Part shown: one piece after another, positions 37,510-52,462 of the stretch
Layout: the number at the start of each line of letters is the position of its first letter
Position numbering within the stretch: the first letter of the stretch is position 1
Assembly: GCF_009914755.1 (NCBI RefSeq)
Contig: NC_060927.1
Reading direction: 5' to 3' (one strand)
Length of the DNA: 64,000 nt
Source of the DNA: the human T2T-CHM13v2.0 reference genome, Homo sapiens
Notes under the pieces: model-generated
The model's database searches: none
Seen by the model: only the letters and a program-made list of their open reading frames with translations
Told to the model about the DNA's origin: nothing
Program-made: the position numbers and the translations under genes

Positions 37510-40500
37510 ACCTTAAATGTAAATGATCTAAATGCCACAATTAAAAGGCACAGACTGGAAAACTGGATAGAGTCAAGACCCATCGGTGTGTTGAATTCAG
37601 AAGACTCATCTCACATGCAAAGGCACACATAGCCTCAACATAAAGTGAGGGAGGAACATTTACCAAGCAAATGGAAAGCTAAAAAAAAAAAAAAAAAGGG
37701 GGGGGGCATTGCAATCCTAAACTCTGATAAAACGGATTTTAAATCAACAAAGATCAAAAAAGAAAAGAAGGGCATTACGTAATGGTAAAGGGATCAATGC
37801 AACAAGAAGAGCTAACTATCCTAAATATATATGCACCCAACAGAGGAGCACCTAGATTCATAAAGCAAGTTCTTAGAGACCTACAAAGAGACTTAGACTC
37901 CCACACAATAATAGTAGGAGACTTTAACACCCCACTGTTAATATTAGACAGATTAACAAGACAGAAAATTAACAAGGATATTCAGGACTTGAACTCAGCT
38001 CTGGACTAAGCAGACCTAATAAACATCTACAAAATTAACCACCCCAAATCAACAGAATAGACATTCATCTCAGCACTACATCACACTAAATCTAAAATTG
38101 ACTACATAGTGGGAAGTAAAACACTCCTCAGCAAATTCAAAAGAACAAAAATTATAACAAAAGTCTCTCAGACCACAGTGCAATCACAAATTAGGACTCA
38201 GGACTTAGAAACTCACTGAAAAATGAAAAGTACATGGAAACTGAACAAATTGCTTCTGAATGTCTGCTGGGTAAATAACAAAAGTAAAGCAGAAATAAGT
38301 TATGTGAAATCAATGAGAACAAAAACACAATGTACAAAATTCTCTGGGACACTGCAATTTATAGCACTAAATGCCCATAGGAGAAAGCAGGAGTGATCTA
38401 AAATCAACACCCTAATATCACAATTAAATGAACTAGAGAAGCAATAGCAAACAAATTCAAAAGCTAGCAGAAGACAAGAAATAACTAAGATCAGAGTAGA
38501 ACTGAAGGAGATAGAGACACAAAAATCCCTTCAAAAAATCAATGAATCTGGAAGCTGTTTTTTTGAGAAGATTAACAAAATACATAGACTGCTAGCTAGA
38601 ATAATAAAGAAGAAAAAAGAGAAGAATCAAATAGACACAATAAAAAATGATAACGGGGATATCACCACAGATCCCACAGAAATACAAACTATCATCAGAG
38701 AATACTATAAAGAGCTCTAAACAAAGAAACAAGAAAATATGGAAGAAATTGATAAATTCCTGGACACATACACCCTTCCAAGACTAAGCCAGGAAGAAGT
38801 CAAATCCCTGAAGAGACCAATATCAAGTTCTGAAACTGAGGCAGTAATTAATAGCCTACCAACCAAAAGAATCCCAGGACCAGATGTATTCACAGCTGAA
38901 TGCTACCAGAGGTACAAAGAGAAGCTGGTACCATTTCTCCTGAAAATATTCCAAACAATAGATAAAGAGCAACTCCTCCCTAACTCATTTTATGAGGTCA
39001 GCATCATCCTGATACCAAAACCTGGCAGAGACACAACAACAACAAAAATTTCAGACCAATATCCCTGATAAATGTCGATGCAAAATCCTCAATAAAATAC
39101 TGGCAAACTGAATTCAGCAGCACAATAAAAAGGTTATCCACCACGATCAAGAAACTTCATCCCTGGGATGCAAGGCTTGTTCAACATATGCTTATCAATA
39201 AACGTAATCCATCTCATAAAAAGAACCAATGACAAAAACCATATGATTATCTCTCAGAAGATGCAGAAAAGGCCTTCAATAAAAATTCAACACCCCTTCA
39301 TGCTAAAAACACTCAATAAACTAGGTATTGATGGAACATATCTCAAAATATTAAGAGCTATTTATGACAAACCCACAGCCAATATCATACCAAATGGGTC
39401 AAAGCTGGAAGCATTCCCTTTGAAAACCAGTACAGGACAACAATGCCCTCTCTCACCACTCTTATTCAACATAGTATTAGAAGTTCTGGCCAGGGCAATT
39501 AGGCAAGAGAACGAAAGACAGCGTATTCAAATAGGAAGAGAGGAAGTCAAATTGTCTCTGTTTGCAGATGATATGATTGTATATTTTAAAAAACCCCATC
39601 GTCTCATCTCAAAATCTCCTTAAGCTGATAAGCAATTTCAGCAAAGTCTCAGGATACAAAATTAATGTGCAAAAATCACAAGCATTTCTATACACAAATG
39701 ATGGGCAAACAGAGAGCCAAGTCATGAGTGAACTCCCATTCAGAATTGCTACACAGAGAATAAAATACCTAGGAATACAACTTACAAGGGATGTGAAGGA
39801 TCTCTTCAAGGAGAACTACAAACCACAGCTCAAGGAAATAAAAGAGGACACAAACAAATGTAAAACATTCCATGCTCATGGATAGGAAGAATCAATATCA
39901 TGAAAATGGCCACACTGCTCAAAGTAATTTATATATTCAATGCGATCCCTATTAAGCTACCATTGACTTTGTCCACAGAATTAGAAAAAAACTACTTTAA
40001 ATTTTACATGGAACCAAAAAAGAGCCTGTATAACTGAGACAATCTTAATCAAAAAGAACAAAGCTGAAGTCAGCATGCTACCTGACTTCAGACTATACTA
40101 TAAGGCTACAGTAACCAAAACAGCATGATACCAGTACCAAAACAGACATATAGACCAATGGTATAGAACAAAGCCTCAGAAATAACACCACACATTTACA
40201 GCCATTTGATCCTTGACAAACCTGACAAAAACAAGCAATGGGGAAAGGATTCCCTATTTAATAAACGGTGTTGAAAAAACTGGCTAGCCATATGCAGAAA
40301 ACTGAAACTGGACCACTTCCTTACACCTTATACAAAAATTAACTCAAGATGGATTAAAGACTTACATCTTTGACCTAAAACCATAAAAACCCTAAAAGAA
40401 AACCTAGGCAATACTATTCAGGACACAGGCATAGGCAAAGAATTCATAACTAAAACACCAAAAGCAATGTCAACAAAAGCCAAGATTGACAAATGGGAGC

Positions 40501-41289
40501 TAATTAAACTAAAAGCTTCTGCACTCCAAAAGAAACTATCATCAGTGTGAGCAGGCAACCTACAGAATGGGAGAATACTTTTTCAGTCTATCCATCTGAC
40601 AAAAGGCTAATATCCAGAATCTACCAGGAAGTTAAACAAATTTACAAGAAAAAAGCAAACAATCCCATCAAAAAGTGGGCAAAAGATATGAACAAACACT
40701 CCTCAAAAGAAGACATGTATGCGGCCAAAAAATATATGAAAAAAAGCTCATCATCATTGGTCATTAGAGAAATGCAAATCAAAACCACAATGAGATACCA
40801 TCTCACACCAGTTAGAATGGCGATTATTCAAAAGTCAGGAAACAACAGATGCTGGAGAGAACATGAAGAAACAGGAACACTTTTACAATGTTGGTGGGAG
40901 TGTAAATTAATTCAACTATTGTGGAAAACTGTGGCAATTCCTCAAGGATCTAGAATCAGAAATACCATTTGACTCAGCAATCCCATTAATGGGTATATAC
41001 CCAAAGGATTATAAACCATTCTACTATAAAGACACATGCACACGTATGTTTATTGCAGCACTGTTCACAATAGCAAAGACTTGGAACAAACCCAAATGCC
41101 CATCAATGACAGACTAGATAAAGAAAATGTGCTACATATACACCATGGAATAATAGGCGGCCATAAAAAGGAATGAGATCATGTATTTTGCAGCGACATG
41201 TCTGAAGGTAGACACCATCATCCTCAGCAAACTAACACAAGAACAGAAAACCAAACACCACGTGTTCTCAATCATAAGTGGGAGATGAA
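37510..41289 (+). pseudogene. L1 ORF2p remnant (EN/RT), disrupted and lacking its start codon
   Basis: EN motifs LNIYAPN and IVGDFNTPL; RT motifs [13 protein letters not shown] and LFADDMIVY; split over many short ORFs. Confidence 0.92.
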
Positions 41290-41889
41290 CAGTGAGAACC
41301 ATGGACACAGGGAGGGGAGCTTCACACAACGGAGCCTGTTGTGGGGTGGGAGGCTAGGGGAGGGATAACATTAGGAGAAATACCTAATGTAGATGACAGG
41401 TTGATGGGTGCAGCAAACCAGCATGGCACGTGTATACTTATGTAACAAACCTGCATGTTCTGAACATGTATCTCAGAACTTCAGTTATAATTTTAAAAAA
41501 AACTAAGTGAGAAGCACACTTTCATATGATATATTAAATTTGCATTATTTTATCCAGAATAAAATATCATACATATTTAAACTTTGAATGTAACACTGAC
41601 TTGTACTATAAACACAGTACCTGGTTAAAGAACAGGCTTATTGAAGAACAATCAAAGGAGTATCTTTTTATTAAAGAAGTACTCCAGAATGCTTCCTAAA
41701 CTTCTAATACATAATCAAATACTTACTCAACCTCTGAATTAAAGAGCAAATTTAACATGTTGAAACCTGAAACTCGTATTTCTTTCCTAACATTGTTGAC
41801 ATTATGTTCGTCCATCCAGTAACTCAGACAAGATCTTAGGGTCATTTAGGTATTTTTATCTCACATACCAGACATCTAATCCAAAAGTA

Positions 41890-44800
41890 GGGGCTGGATG
41901 CAGAGCAAGATGGCAGAATAGAAAGTTCCACTAATCAGCCTCCCATCAAGCACACCAAATTAATGACTATCTATGGAGAAAAAACAACTTACTAAAAGCC
42001 AAAAACTAGATGAGCACTCCCACTACCTCAGTACCTGGTTTGATCTTCATTGTTGAAAGAGGCACTGAAGAGATAGAAAACTCAGTCTTGAACCGCCGAT
42101 GCCACCTCTTTCCCACTCCCAGCAACAGCAGCATGTTGCAGGGATCATCTCTGGTTGCTAGGCGAAGTAGAACACAGCAATTGTGAGGCTCTGAATTCAA
42201 TGCTGTCCTGTTAAAGCGGAAACATAAACCAGACCAAACTCAACAGGTGCTTGCCCACAACGGGAGCATTTAAACCATCCCTAGTCAGAGAGCAATTGCT
42301 GATACAAGTGGTCCAGATTTGAGTGCTCAAACCTTGCCACGAAGGGTCAAAATAATCTCAGCCTCTAAGTAAACCTGAAATGCAGTCGAGGCCATAAGGA
42401 CTGCAACATATAGTTGAATTCTAGGGCTGTACTAGGCCCATAGACAATGGACTGAGGGTCGGGGGACACGACATACTGAGACACCAGCTGTGGCAGCCAA
42501 GGGATTGCTGGCATCACCCATTCCCTAGACTCAAGCTGCACAACATAAGGCTCCAAAAGAGACCCCTGTCTTCTGCTTAGGGAGAGGAGAGGGAAAAGTG
42601 GAGAGGACTTTTTTATACATCTAGATAACAGCTCAGCCACAGCAAGACAGGGCAACAGTTGGAGTTGTGAGGCCCCCATTCCAGGCCCCATCTCCCAGAT
42701 AACATTTCTAGATACACTCTGGGCCAGAAGGGATGCCATTGCCTTGAAGGAAAGGACCCAGACCTGCCAGCATTTATCACCTGCTATGTGAGGAGACCCA
42801 GGTATTCCCAGGTACTACATCAAGGGCCTTGGTGAGCCTCTGAGACTTTCTGACTTCAGGTTACCAGCTGTGGTGGTTATGGGGCAAAACTCCTTCTGAT
42901 TGAGAGAAGCAGAAGGAAAAGTAAAAGGGAATTTTGCCTTGCACCTAAGTTACCAATACCACCATGGGGGGTAGAGTACAAAGGTGGCTTTGGGGTTCCT
43001 GGTTCCAGGACTTGACTCTTGGATGGCATTTCGTGACCTGCCCTGGACCAAAGAGGTGCCCACTACCCTGAAGGGTGAGTACCAGGCCAGGAAGGATTCA
43101 CCACAAACTGACTTCGGAGACCTTGGGCCTTAAGAGGACATTGGTGGTAGTCTGGTACTAATCCCTGTGGCCAGAGTGGGTGTTGGCTATGAAGTGAGGT
43201 TCCTCTGTCTGTAGAAAGGGGAGAGAAGAATGGGAAGAACTGCATGTTGCAGTTTGAGTGCCAGCTCAGTCCCAACACAATAGAAAACCAGGGAGACTCT
43301 TAAGTTTTTCTATCCTAGGCCCTGAGTCCTGATGGTATTTCAGGGCCCACCCATGTCCTGCGGGACCTCATTGCCCCGAAGGGAAAAACATCAGCCTGGC
43401 TGGCTTTGGTACTTGCTGATTGTAGAGCCCCGGGACCTTGAGTGAACACAGGCAGTACCAGGGAGTGGTTACAGCAGGCCTTGGGTGAGACACAGAGCTA
43501 TGTTGGCTTCATCTCTGACCCAGTGCAGTCATAGTGGTGATGGCTACAGAGGTGTTTATGTCACTCCACCTACAACTTTAAGTGACTCAGAACAAAGAGA
43601 GAGAGAGAGAGAAGGCGGGGGGGCGGGGAGCTCTTTATGGTTGAGAGAAGAAACAAGGGACTGTGCCTGGTAATCCAGAAAATGCTCCCAGACCTTATTC
43701 AAGATCATTAATATGGTACCTCTATGAGTCTGCAAAACCACAGTGTTACTGGGCTTTGGGTGCCCCCTAAAGCATAAACAGCTTAGATCACATCACGTAA
43801 AGCATTCCCAAGAAAAATAACTACAAATAAGCTTAGACAGTGAAGACTACAATAAATACCTAACTCTTCAATGGCCAGACATCAAAGAACATCTGCTACC
43901 CTCAACACCATTCAGGAAAACATGGTCTCAACATATAGGTCACTAAATAAGGTATAAGAGAACAATTCTGGAGCAACAAATATGTGACCTTTCAGACACA
44001 GAATTCAAAATAGCTGTGTTAAGGAAATAAAGAAATTCGAGATAACACAGAGAAGGAATTCAGAATTCTATCAGACAAAATTATCAAATATATTGAAATA
44101 ATTAAAAGGAATCAAGCAGAAATTCTGGAGCTGAAAATGCAATTGCTATACTGAATAATCCATCAGAGTCCTGTAATAGCAGAATAGATCAAGCAGAAGA
44201 AAGAATGTGTGAACTCTAAGACAGGCTATTTGAAAATATACAGTCAGAGGAGACAAAAGAAAAAAAAACAATAAAACACACCTACAATATCTACAAAATA
44301 GACTAGAACAAGCAAATCTAAGAATTACTGGCTTTAAAGAGGAGGTAAATAAAAAGATAGGGATAGTAAGTTTATTCAAATGGATAATGACAGAGAACTT
44401 CCCAAAGCTAGAGAAATATATCAATATCCAAGTACAAGAAGATTATAAAACACCAAGCAGATTTAACCCCAACAAAAGTAACTCAAAGTATTTAATAATA
44501 AGACTCCCAAAGATCAATGATAAAAAAAAATCCTAAAAGCAGCGAAATAATACAAGCTGATAATATGAAATGGAGCTCTAATACATCTGGCAGCAGACTT
44601 TTCAGAGAAAACCTTACAGGCCAGGACAGAGTGGCATGACATATTCAAGGTGCTAAAGAAAAAATACTTTAACACCTGAATAGTATATCCAACAAAAATA
44701 TCCTTCAAACATGAATAAGAAATAAAGACATTTCCAGACAAACAAAATCTGAGGGATTTCATAAATACCAGACCAAAACTCATTCTACAAAAAAAGTCCT

Positions 44801-47800
44801 AAAGTGAGTACTTCAATCAGAAAGAAACGAACATTAATGAAGAATAAATAATCACATAAAGGTTAAAAAACCTTATCCGTGACAGTAAGTATACATAAAA
44901 ACACAGAATATTATAACATTGTAACTGTGGGGTATAAACTATGTTTATCCTAATTATAAAGAATAAACAATAAACAATGAATCAATTAAAAATAGTAACT
45001 ACAATAATTTTTCAAGACATAGTATGAAAGATATAAATAGAAACAATAAAAAGTTAAAAAGTTGGAAACAGTTAAGAAGACTCTTCATAAGTTTCCTTTT
45101 TGATTCTTGCTTGTTTATGCAAATAGTGAAAAGTTTTTATCTGGTTAAAATAATGGGTTATAGGATAGTATTTGTAAGCCTCATGGTAACCTCAACCCAA
45201 AAAACATACAATGGATATGTAACACATAAAAAGCAAGAAACTAAATCATCTCACCAAGAAAATCATTTTCACTAGAGAAGATAGAAATGAAAAAAAGAAA
45301 GAGACCACAAAAGAAACAGAAAATAAAATGGCAGGAGTAAGTTCTTATCGATAATAACATTAAATGTAAATGAACTAAATTTTCCAATCAAAAGACATAG
45401 ACCGGCTAAATGCATGAAAAAATGAGATCCATTGATCTGTTGTCCACAAGAAACACACTTCACCCATAAAGACACACATACATTAAAAATAAACAAATGA
45501 AAAAAAGATATTCCATGCCAATGGAAACCAAAAAAGCACAGACAACACAGAATTCAAGACAAAAACTATAAGAGACAATGAAGGTCACTATATAATGATA
45601 AAGGGGTCAATTCAGGAAGAAGATATTACAATTTTAAATATATATGCACCCAACATGGGACCACACAAATACAGGAAGTAAATATTATTAGTGCTAAAGA
45701 AAGAGATAGGCCCAAATACAATAATAGCTGAAAGCTTTAACACCCCATTTTCAGCAATGGGCAATCTTCCAAACAGAAAATAAACAAAAGAACATCAGAC
45801 TTAATCTGCACTATAGACCAAATGGATCTAACAAATATTTACAGGAGAGTTCATCCAAGAGATACAAATACACAGTATTTTTCTCAGTGCATGGACCATT
45901 CTCAAGGATAGACCATATGTTAGGTTACCAAACAAGTATTAAACTACTCTACAAAATTGAAATAATATGCAGCATCATCCTTGACCATGATGAAATGAAA
46001 CTAAAAATTAGTAACAATAAATATTTAGGAAACTACACAAATGCAAGGAAATTAAACCATATGCTTTTAAATTAGCAGTAGGTCAATAAAGAAATTAAGA
46101 AGCCGATAAAAAATTTATTGAAATAAATGATAATGAAAAAAATATCAAAACCTATGGGATAGAGCAAAAGCAGTATTCAGAGGGAAGTTTATAGTTACAA
46201 GTACCTACATCGAAAAAACAGAAGAGCTTCAAATAAACAATCCAACAACTCATCTTTAGAAATAGAAAAGCAAGAGCAAACTTAGTAGGAAAAAAATGAT
46301 AAAGATTAGAGCAGAAATAAATAAAATTGAAATAAAAAATCCATAAAATCAAAAGATGTTTTTTGAAAATTTAAACAAAATTGACAAACCTTAAGCCAGA
46401 CTAAGAAAGAAAGATTGAATATCTAAATAAATAAATCCCGAAATGAAAAGGCACACATTACAACTGATAGTGCAGAAATTCAAAGGCTCATTGGTGGCTA
46501 CTATGAGCAACTATATGCCAATAAATTGGAAACTCTAGAAGAAATAAACGAATTCTTAGACACACACCATCTACCAAGATTGAACCAGGAAAAAATTAAA
46601 AACCTGAAAAAGCCAGTAACCAATAACAAATTCAAAGCTGTAATAAACCATCTTTCAATAAAGAAATTTCTGAGACCTACTGGCTTCACTGACGATTTCT
46701 AAAAAACACTTAAATAAGAATTGATATAAATCTTACTCAAATTATTACAAAAAATAAAGGAGGGAATATTTCCAAACTCATTCTCTGAGGCTAGTATTAC
46801 TCTGACAGCAAAATCAGACAAAAACGTGTCAAAACAACAACAGCAATAACATTCATTACAGGCCAATATCTCCGATAAATACTGATGTGAATATCCTAAA
46901 ACAAAACAAACAAACAAAAAACCTAGCAAATCAAATTCAACAATACATTTCAAAGATTATTAATCATGACCAAATGGTATTTATTTCTGGGATGCAAGGA
47001 TGTTTCAATATTTGCAAATTAATCAACATGATACATCATATCAACAGAATGAAGAATAAAAATCATATTATAATTTCCATTGATGCTGGAAAAGCATTTG
47101 ATAAAATTCAACATCTCTTCATGATAAAAAACCCTCATCAAACTGGGTATAGAAGGACATAATTCAAAATAATAAAAGCTGTATATGGCAGACCCACAGC
47201 TAGTATCATACTAAATAAGGAAAACTTGAAAACCTTCCTTCTAAGACATGGAAGTTAATGAGGATGTCCAATGTCACCACTGTTGTTCAGCATAACTCTG
47301 GAAATTCTAGATAGAGCAACCAGACAAGATAAAGATTCAAAGGGCATCTAAATTTGACAAAAAAATGTCAAATTGTCATTGTTTGTAGATGATACGATTT
47401 TATATTTGAGAAAACGTAAAGATTTCACAAGGTAACTACTAAAAGTGGTAAACAAATTCAGTAACATTGCATAATACAAAATCAACATACAGCAATTAGT
47501 AGCATTTCTATATGCCAACAGTGAACAATGTGAAAAAGAAAGAAAAAAAGTAATGCAATTTATAATAGCCACACTTAAAATTAAATATTTAGAAAATAAC
47601 CAAAGGAGTGAATAATCTCTATAATAAAAACTATATATCATTAATAAAGAAAAGTGAAGAGGTCATCAAAAATGGAAAAAATATTCCATGTTCATAAACT
47701 GGAAGAATCAATATTGTGAATTGTCCATACTACCCAAAGCGATGTATAGATTCAATGCAATCCCTATCAAAATACCAATGACATTCTTCACATAAGTAGA

Positions 47801-49526
47801 GAAAACAACCCTAACATTTATATGGAACCACAACGAACCCTGAATACCTATAAGCAAAACAAACAAACAAGCAAACACCGCAAAAATCAAATTACCTGAC
47901 TTCAAATTATACTATAGAACTATAGTATAGTATAGTTACTATAGAACTATAGTAACCAAAACAGACATATAGACCAATGGAACAGAATGGAACAGAATAA
48001 AAACAGACATATAGACCAATGGAACAGAATAGAGAAGCCAAAAACAAATTCATACCTACAGTGAACACATTTTTGACAAAGTTGACAAGAATATGCACTG
48101 GGTAAAAACAGTTTCTTTAATAAATAGTGCTGGGAAAACTGGATAGCCATAAGCAATGGAATAAAACTGGACCACTATCTCTTGCTTTATACAAGAATAA
48201 AATCAAATTTGATTAACATCTCAAATATAAACCTCAAACTACAAAAATATTACAATAATACACTGGGGAAAATCTGCAGGACATTAATCTGGGCAAAGAT
48301 TTTTTGAGCAATATCCCACAAACACAGGCAACCAAAGCAAATATGGAAAAACAAGATGCCAACAAGTTAAAAAGCTTTCACACAGCAAATGATATAATCG
48401 AAAAAGTGAAGAGACAACCCACAGAATGGGAGAAAATGTTTGCAAACTACCCCCCTGACAAGGGATTAATCACCAGAATACATAAGGAGCACTAACAACT
48501 CTATAGAAAAAAATCTAGAAGTTCAATCAAAATGGGCAAAAGATTCAAATAGACATTTTTCAAGAGAACACATACAAATGGCAAACAAGCATATGCAAAA
48601 GTGCCCAAAATCAATGATTGTAAGAGAAATGCAAATCACAACTTCAAAAAGATATGATATCACCTGAGTTAAAATGGTCTATATCCAAATGACAGGCAAT
48701 AATGAATGCTGATGAGTATGTGGAGAAAAGGGAACACTTGTACACTGTTGATGGAAATGAAATTTAGCACAACTACTATGGATAATAGTTTGGAGGTTCC
48801 TCAAAATCTAAAAATTGAGCTAACATATGGTTCAGAAATACCACTGCTGGGTACATACCCCAAAGAAAGGAAATCATCATATTGAAGAGCTATCTGCAGT
48901 CATATTTGCTGCAGCACTGTTTACAATAGCTAAGATTTGGAAGCAACCTAAGTGTCCATGAACAGATGAATGTATAAAGGAAATATGGTACATATACACA
49001 GTAGAGTACTATTCACCCACAAAAGTGAATGAGATTCTGTCATTTGCAAAAGCATGGTTGGAACTGGATATCATAATGTTAAGTGAAATAAGCCAGTCAT
49101 AAAAATACAAACATTACATGTTCTCACTTATTTGTGAGATCCCAAAATTAAATCAATTGAACTAATGGAAATAAAAAGTAGAAGGGTGGTTACCAGAGCC
49201 TGGAAAAGGTAGTGGGGATTTTGAGGGGAGGCATGGATGTTTAATGGGTACAAAAATAGAAAGAATGAATAAAACCTACAGTCTGAAAGCACAATATGGT
49301 GACTATAGACAATAATAACTTAATTGTATATTTCAAAATAAGTTAAAGTACGTAATAGGATTGTTTTTAACTTAAAGGATAAATGCTTGAGGAGATGGAG
49401 ACCCTAGTCTCCATGATGTGCTTATTTCACATCAAATGCTTATATCAAAACATCTCAAGAACCCCATAAATATAGACACCTACTATGTACCCACCAAAAC
49501 TTTTTAAAATTAATTAATAATTAAAA
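41890..49526 (+). mobile_element. Full-length L1MA1/L1MA2-like LINE-1 (~7.6 kb), inactive
   Basis: 5' start 'gagcaagatggcagaatagaaag', ~2-kb 5' UTR, ORF1 from ~43871, ORF2 start 'atggcaggagtaagt' at 45328, L1MA1/2 3' end 'acacctactatgtacccaccaaaac'; TSD aatccaaaagta / attccaaaagca (10 of 12). Confidence 0.93.
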
Positions 49527-49827
49527 ATTCCAAAAGCAATTTTTGACTTTTAATACATATGTATAATTTATAAATATTTATAAATGCATGACAATATACA
49601 TAATATATACACAATATATATACATAGTGACTTCATTGCACTATTCCCACTGTTACAAATCTGACGAAACACAATTACCATTCACCTAATTGCCTGAAAT
49701 AGCCTACTAGCAAACAGTACTTTCTTCAACCCTTGTCCGTACATAATCTTCTCCACATAGTATCAAGTTTTTAATGTGTTTAAAAAAAATAAAAACCCAA
49801 ACAAACACACACCCTCAAAAAAGCACA

Positions 49828-50147
49828 TGCTGGGCACAGTGGCTCATGCCTGTAATCCCAGCACTTTCAGAGGTCGAGGTGGGCAGATCATGAAGTGAAG
49901 AGATCAAAACTACCCTGGCCAACATGGTGAGACCCCATCTCTATTAAAAAATACAAAAAATTTCTGGGCTTGGTGGCACACACCTGTAGTCCCAGCTACT
50001 TGGGAGGCTGAGGCAGGAGAATTACTTGAACCTGGGAAGTGAAGGTTGCAAATGAACCGAGATCGCCCCACTGCACTCCAGCTTGGTGACAGAGCAAGAC
50101 TGTGTCTCAAACAAACAAAAAAACAAAAACAAAACAAACAAAAAAAC
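49828..50147 (+). mobile_element. AluSc-like SINE
   Basis: Sc-type 'gatcatgaagtgaagagatc' and 'cagcttggtgacagagc'; tail decayed to (AAAC)n. Confidence 0.92.
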
Positions 50148-50237
50148 AGTGAGTCAGATCATGGTAGTCTCTTTTCAAAATCCTACAATAGTTTCCGGTT
50201 TAACTCAGAAAAAAAGTCATTAAAAAGACTACAATAC

Positions 50238-50548
<311 letters not shown>

Positions 50549-52288
50549 GACTACAATACTTTGCCTAATTTCACCATTATTTACTTCAATAATGTTATTT
50601 CATAATACTTTTTCCCATGTATTCTTGGTTCTAACCATGATGGACCCAAGGTTTTAATACTTCATGCATACTTACATTTGTGCTCTGACTATTCCTTTAC
50701 ACGGAATAAACTTCTATACTTGGAATGTCTATCTCAATCATCTTTGAACCTCCTCAATGACATTATACATTGTACCAAATGAAAATGCAACAAATTGTTT
50801 CCTGCCTCACAACAAACACCCCTACTATACCGTTTTTCCATTTGCGCTATCAACTTATAACATAATACAAAGTCTTCTTGCTTGCTATATGTATTTATTT
50901 ATTTATTTTCTGTATTAGACTGTTAACCCTACCTGGGGAAGCATCTTTATGCAGTGTGGTACATGTAATCTCTTATATATCTCAGTGGACTTGAACACTG
51001 CCACTATCTGGCACATAATAGGTTCTTAATAAATATTTATGGAATGATTCTAGCCAACCAAGAACATTCTACTCTGCAAAGTGGAGACATGATCAGTAAA
51101 TTAGGGTGCTTTTGTTTGTTTGTTTGTTTTGTAGTGTAAGATTTACAGATTGGTTAAATTTTCCATGCAAAGATTGGAGAAAGTCAAGACCAGCACCTTG
51201 TATTTTAATTACCTATTGTATTAGAGGTAATACATGGTTTACCTCTAATGGCCATGGTTTTAAATTATTTTACACAACTACAAAATATAGCTTGAGATAA
51301 AAATACATGGAAAGAAACAGTAAAAACTGTATCACCAATTATGATAAATGGCATGTATTAATGCCCTTATTGCTAGAAAGACAAAATTAAAATATTCTGC
51401 TTCCCTCTTCCGTGTTCAGACTTCACCTGTTTATTACTTGGTGGAGTTAGCAGAAAAGTAATTTTACTACCAATCAGGTTAGTAAATTATAAGTAATAAT
51501 TGAGTTTCTTCTTAATGAAAATACTCCCTGCAGTGAATAATATATATTTAAATGTATTTCACTTTGTTGACAATTACTCTCCAATTTACTAAATGTATAT
51601 TTTGTATGAAAACAGGGAAACAGCATATGTTGTAGAGATTTCTGTTTTTTAGACATGAAAGACAAAGACACAATTTACTACTTCATAAATAAATGTTTAC
51701 CATTACTCCCTCATTATTTGATTTTAGATATTGAATTATTGATCAGCATCTGCTCCTTAGAACCAGATTGTGTATTTAGTGAGGTTTCTGTTCATATGTT
51801 GTTTTCTCTGTGGGAAATAAATTGTTTCTCTGTAGGAAGCATTTGATGTTTACTAATAAGTTGTTTTCTCAGTAGGCTTGGACTTCTGAGTGTTGAAATT
51901 TAAATTGCTCTTTCTCTTATTACATTGAGCCCATTTCAATATTATACAAGTTCTTGGACATTGGAGACTTTTTTAGCACAGATTTATTATGTATAATGTC
52001 AAGCAATACTTAAAGATAGTTTGGAATTAATGTATTAGAAGTTACTCTATGTAATGGTATTTCTTAATCGGACAGAAGCATTTTTGGACATATTTTTCTT
52101 TTTTATAATTGATTAAATATACATTTCCAAAGCTCTTTCACTTAAATCTAGCAGATACTAATTCCATTGTTTTCAATATTTGAAAACAATGTTACATAAT
52201 TAAGTTGGTTATTAGATAGAATATAATGATTTAATACAAATGTATAAGTTTGTTGTTTGGATTTCAAATAAAGCATTATTTTTACACT

Positions 52289-52462
52289 ATTTTTCCTTCC
52301 TCTTCCTTCCTTCCTTCTTTCCCTCCCTCTTTCTCTCCCTCCCTCCCATCTTCCTTCCTTCCTTTCTTCCATGCTTCCTTCCTCCTTTCCTTCCTTCCTT
52401 CCTTCTTTCCCTCCCTCTTTCCCTCCCTCCCTCCCTCCCATCTTCCTTCCTTCCTTCCTTCC
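52289..52462. repeat. (TTCC)n/(CCCT)n polypyrimidine low-complexity tract
   Basis: Read directly; it explains the ORFs at 52148-52556. Confidence 0.95.

Larger units (their letters stand above)
35252..41502 (+). mobile_element. Near-full-length L1PA7-like LINE-1, inactive
   Basis: 5' UTR start 'aagatggccaaatag', ORF1 and ORF2 remnants, 3' UTR 'ggctaggggagggataacattaggagaaatacctaatgtagatgacaggttgatgggtgcagcaaacc', short A-tail; no clear TSD. Confidence 0.95.
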
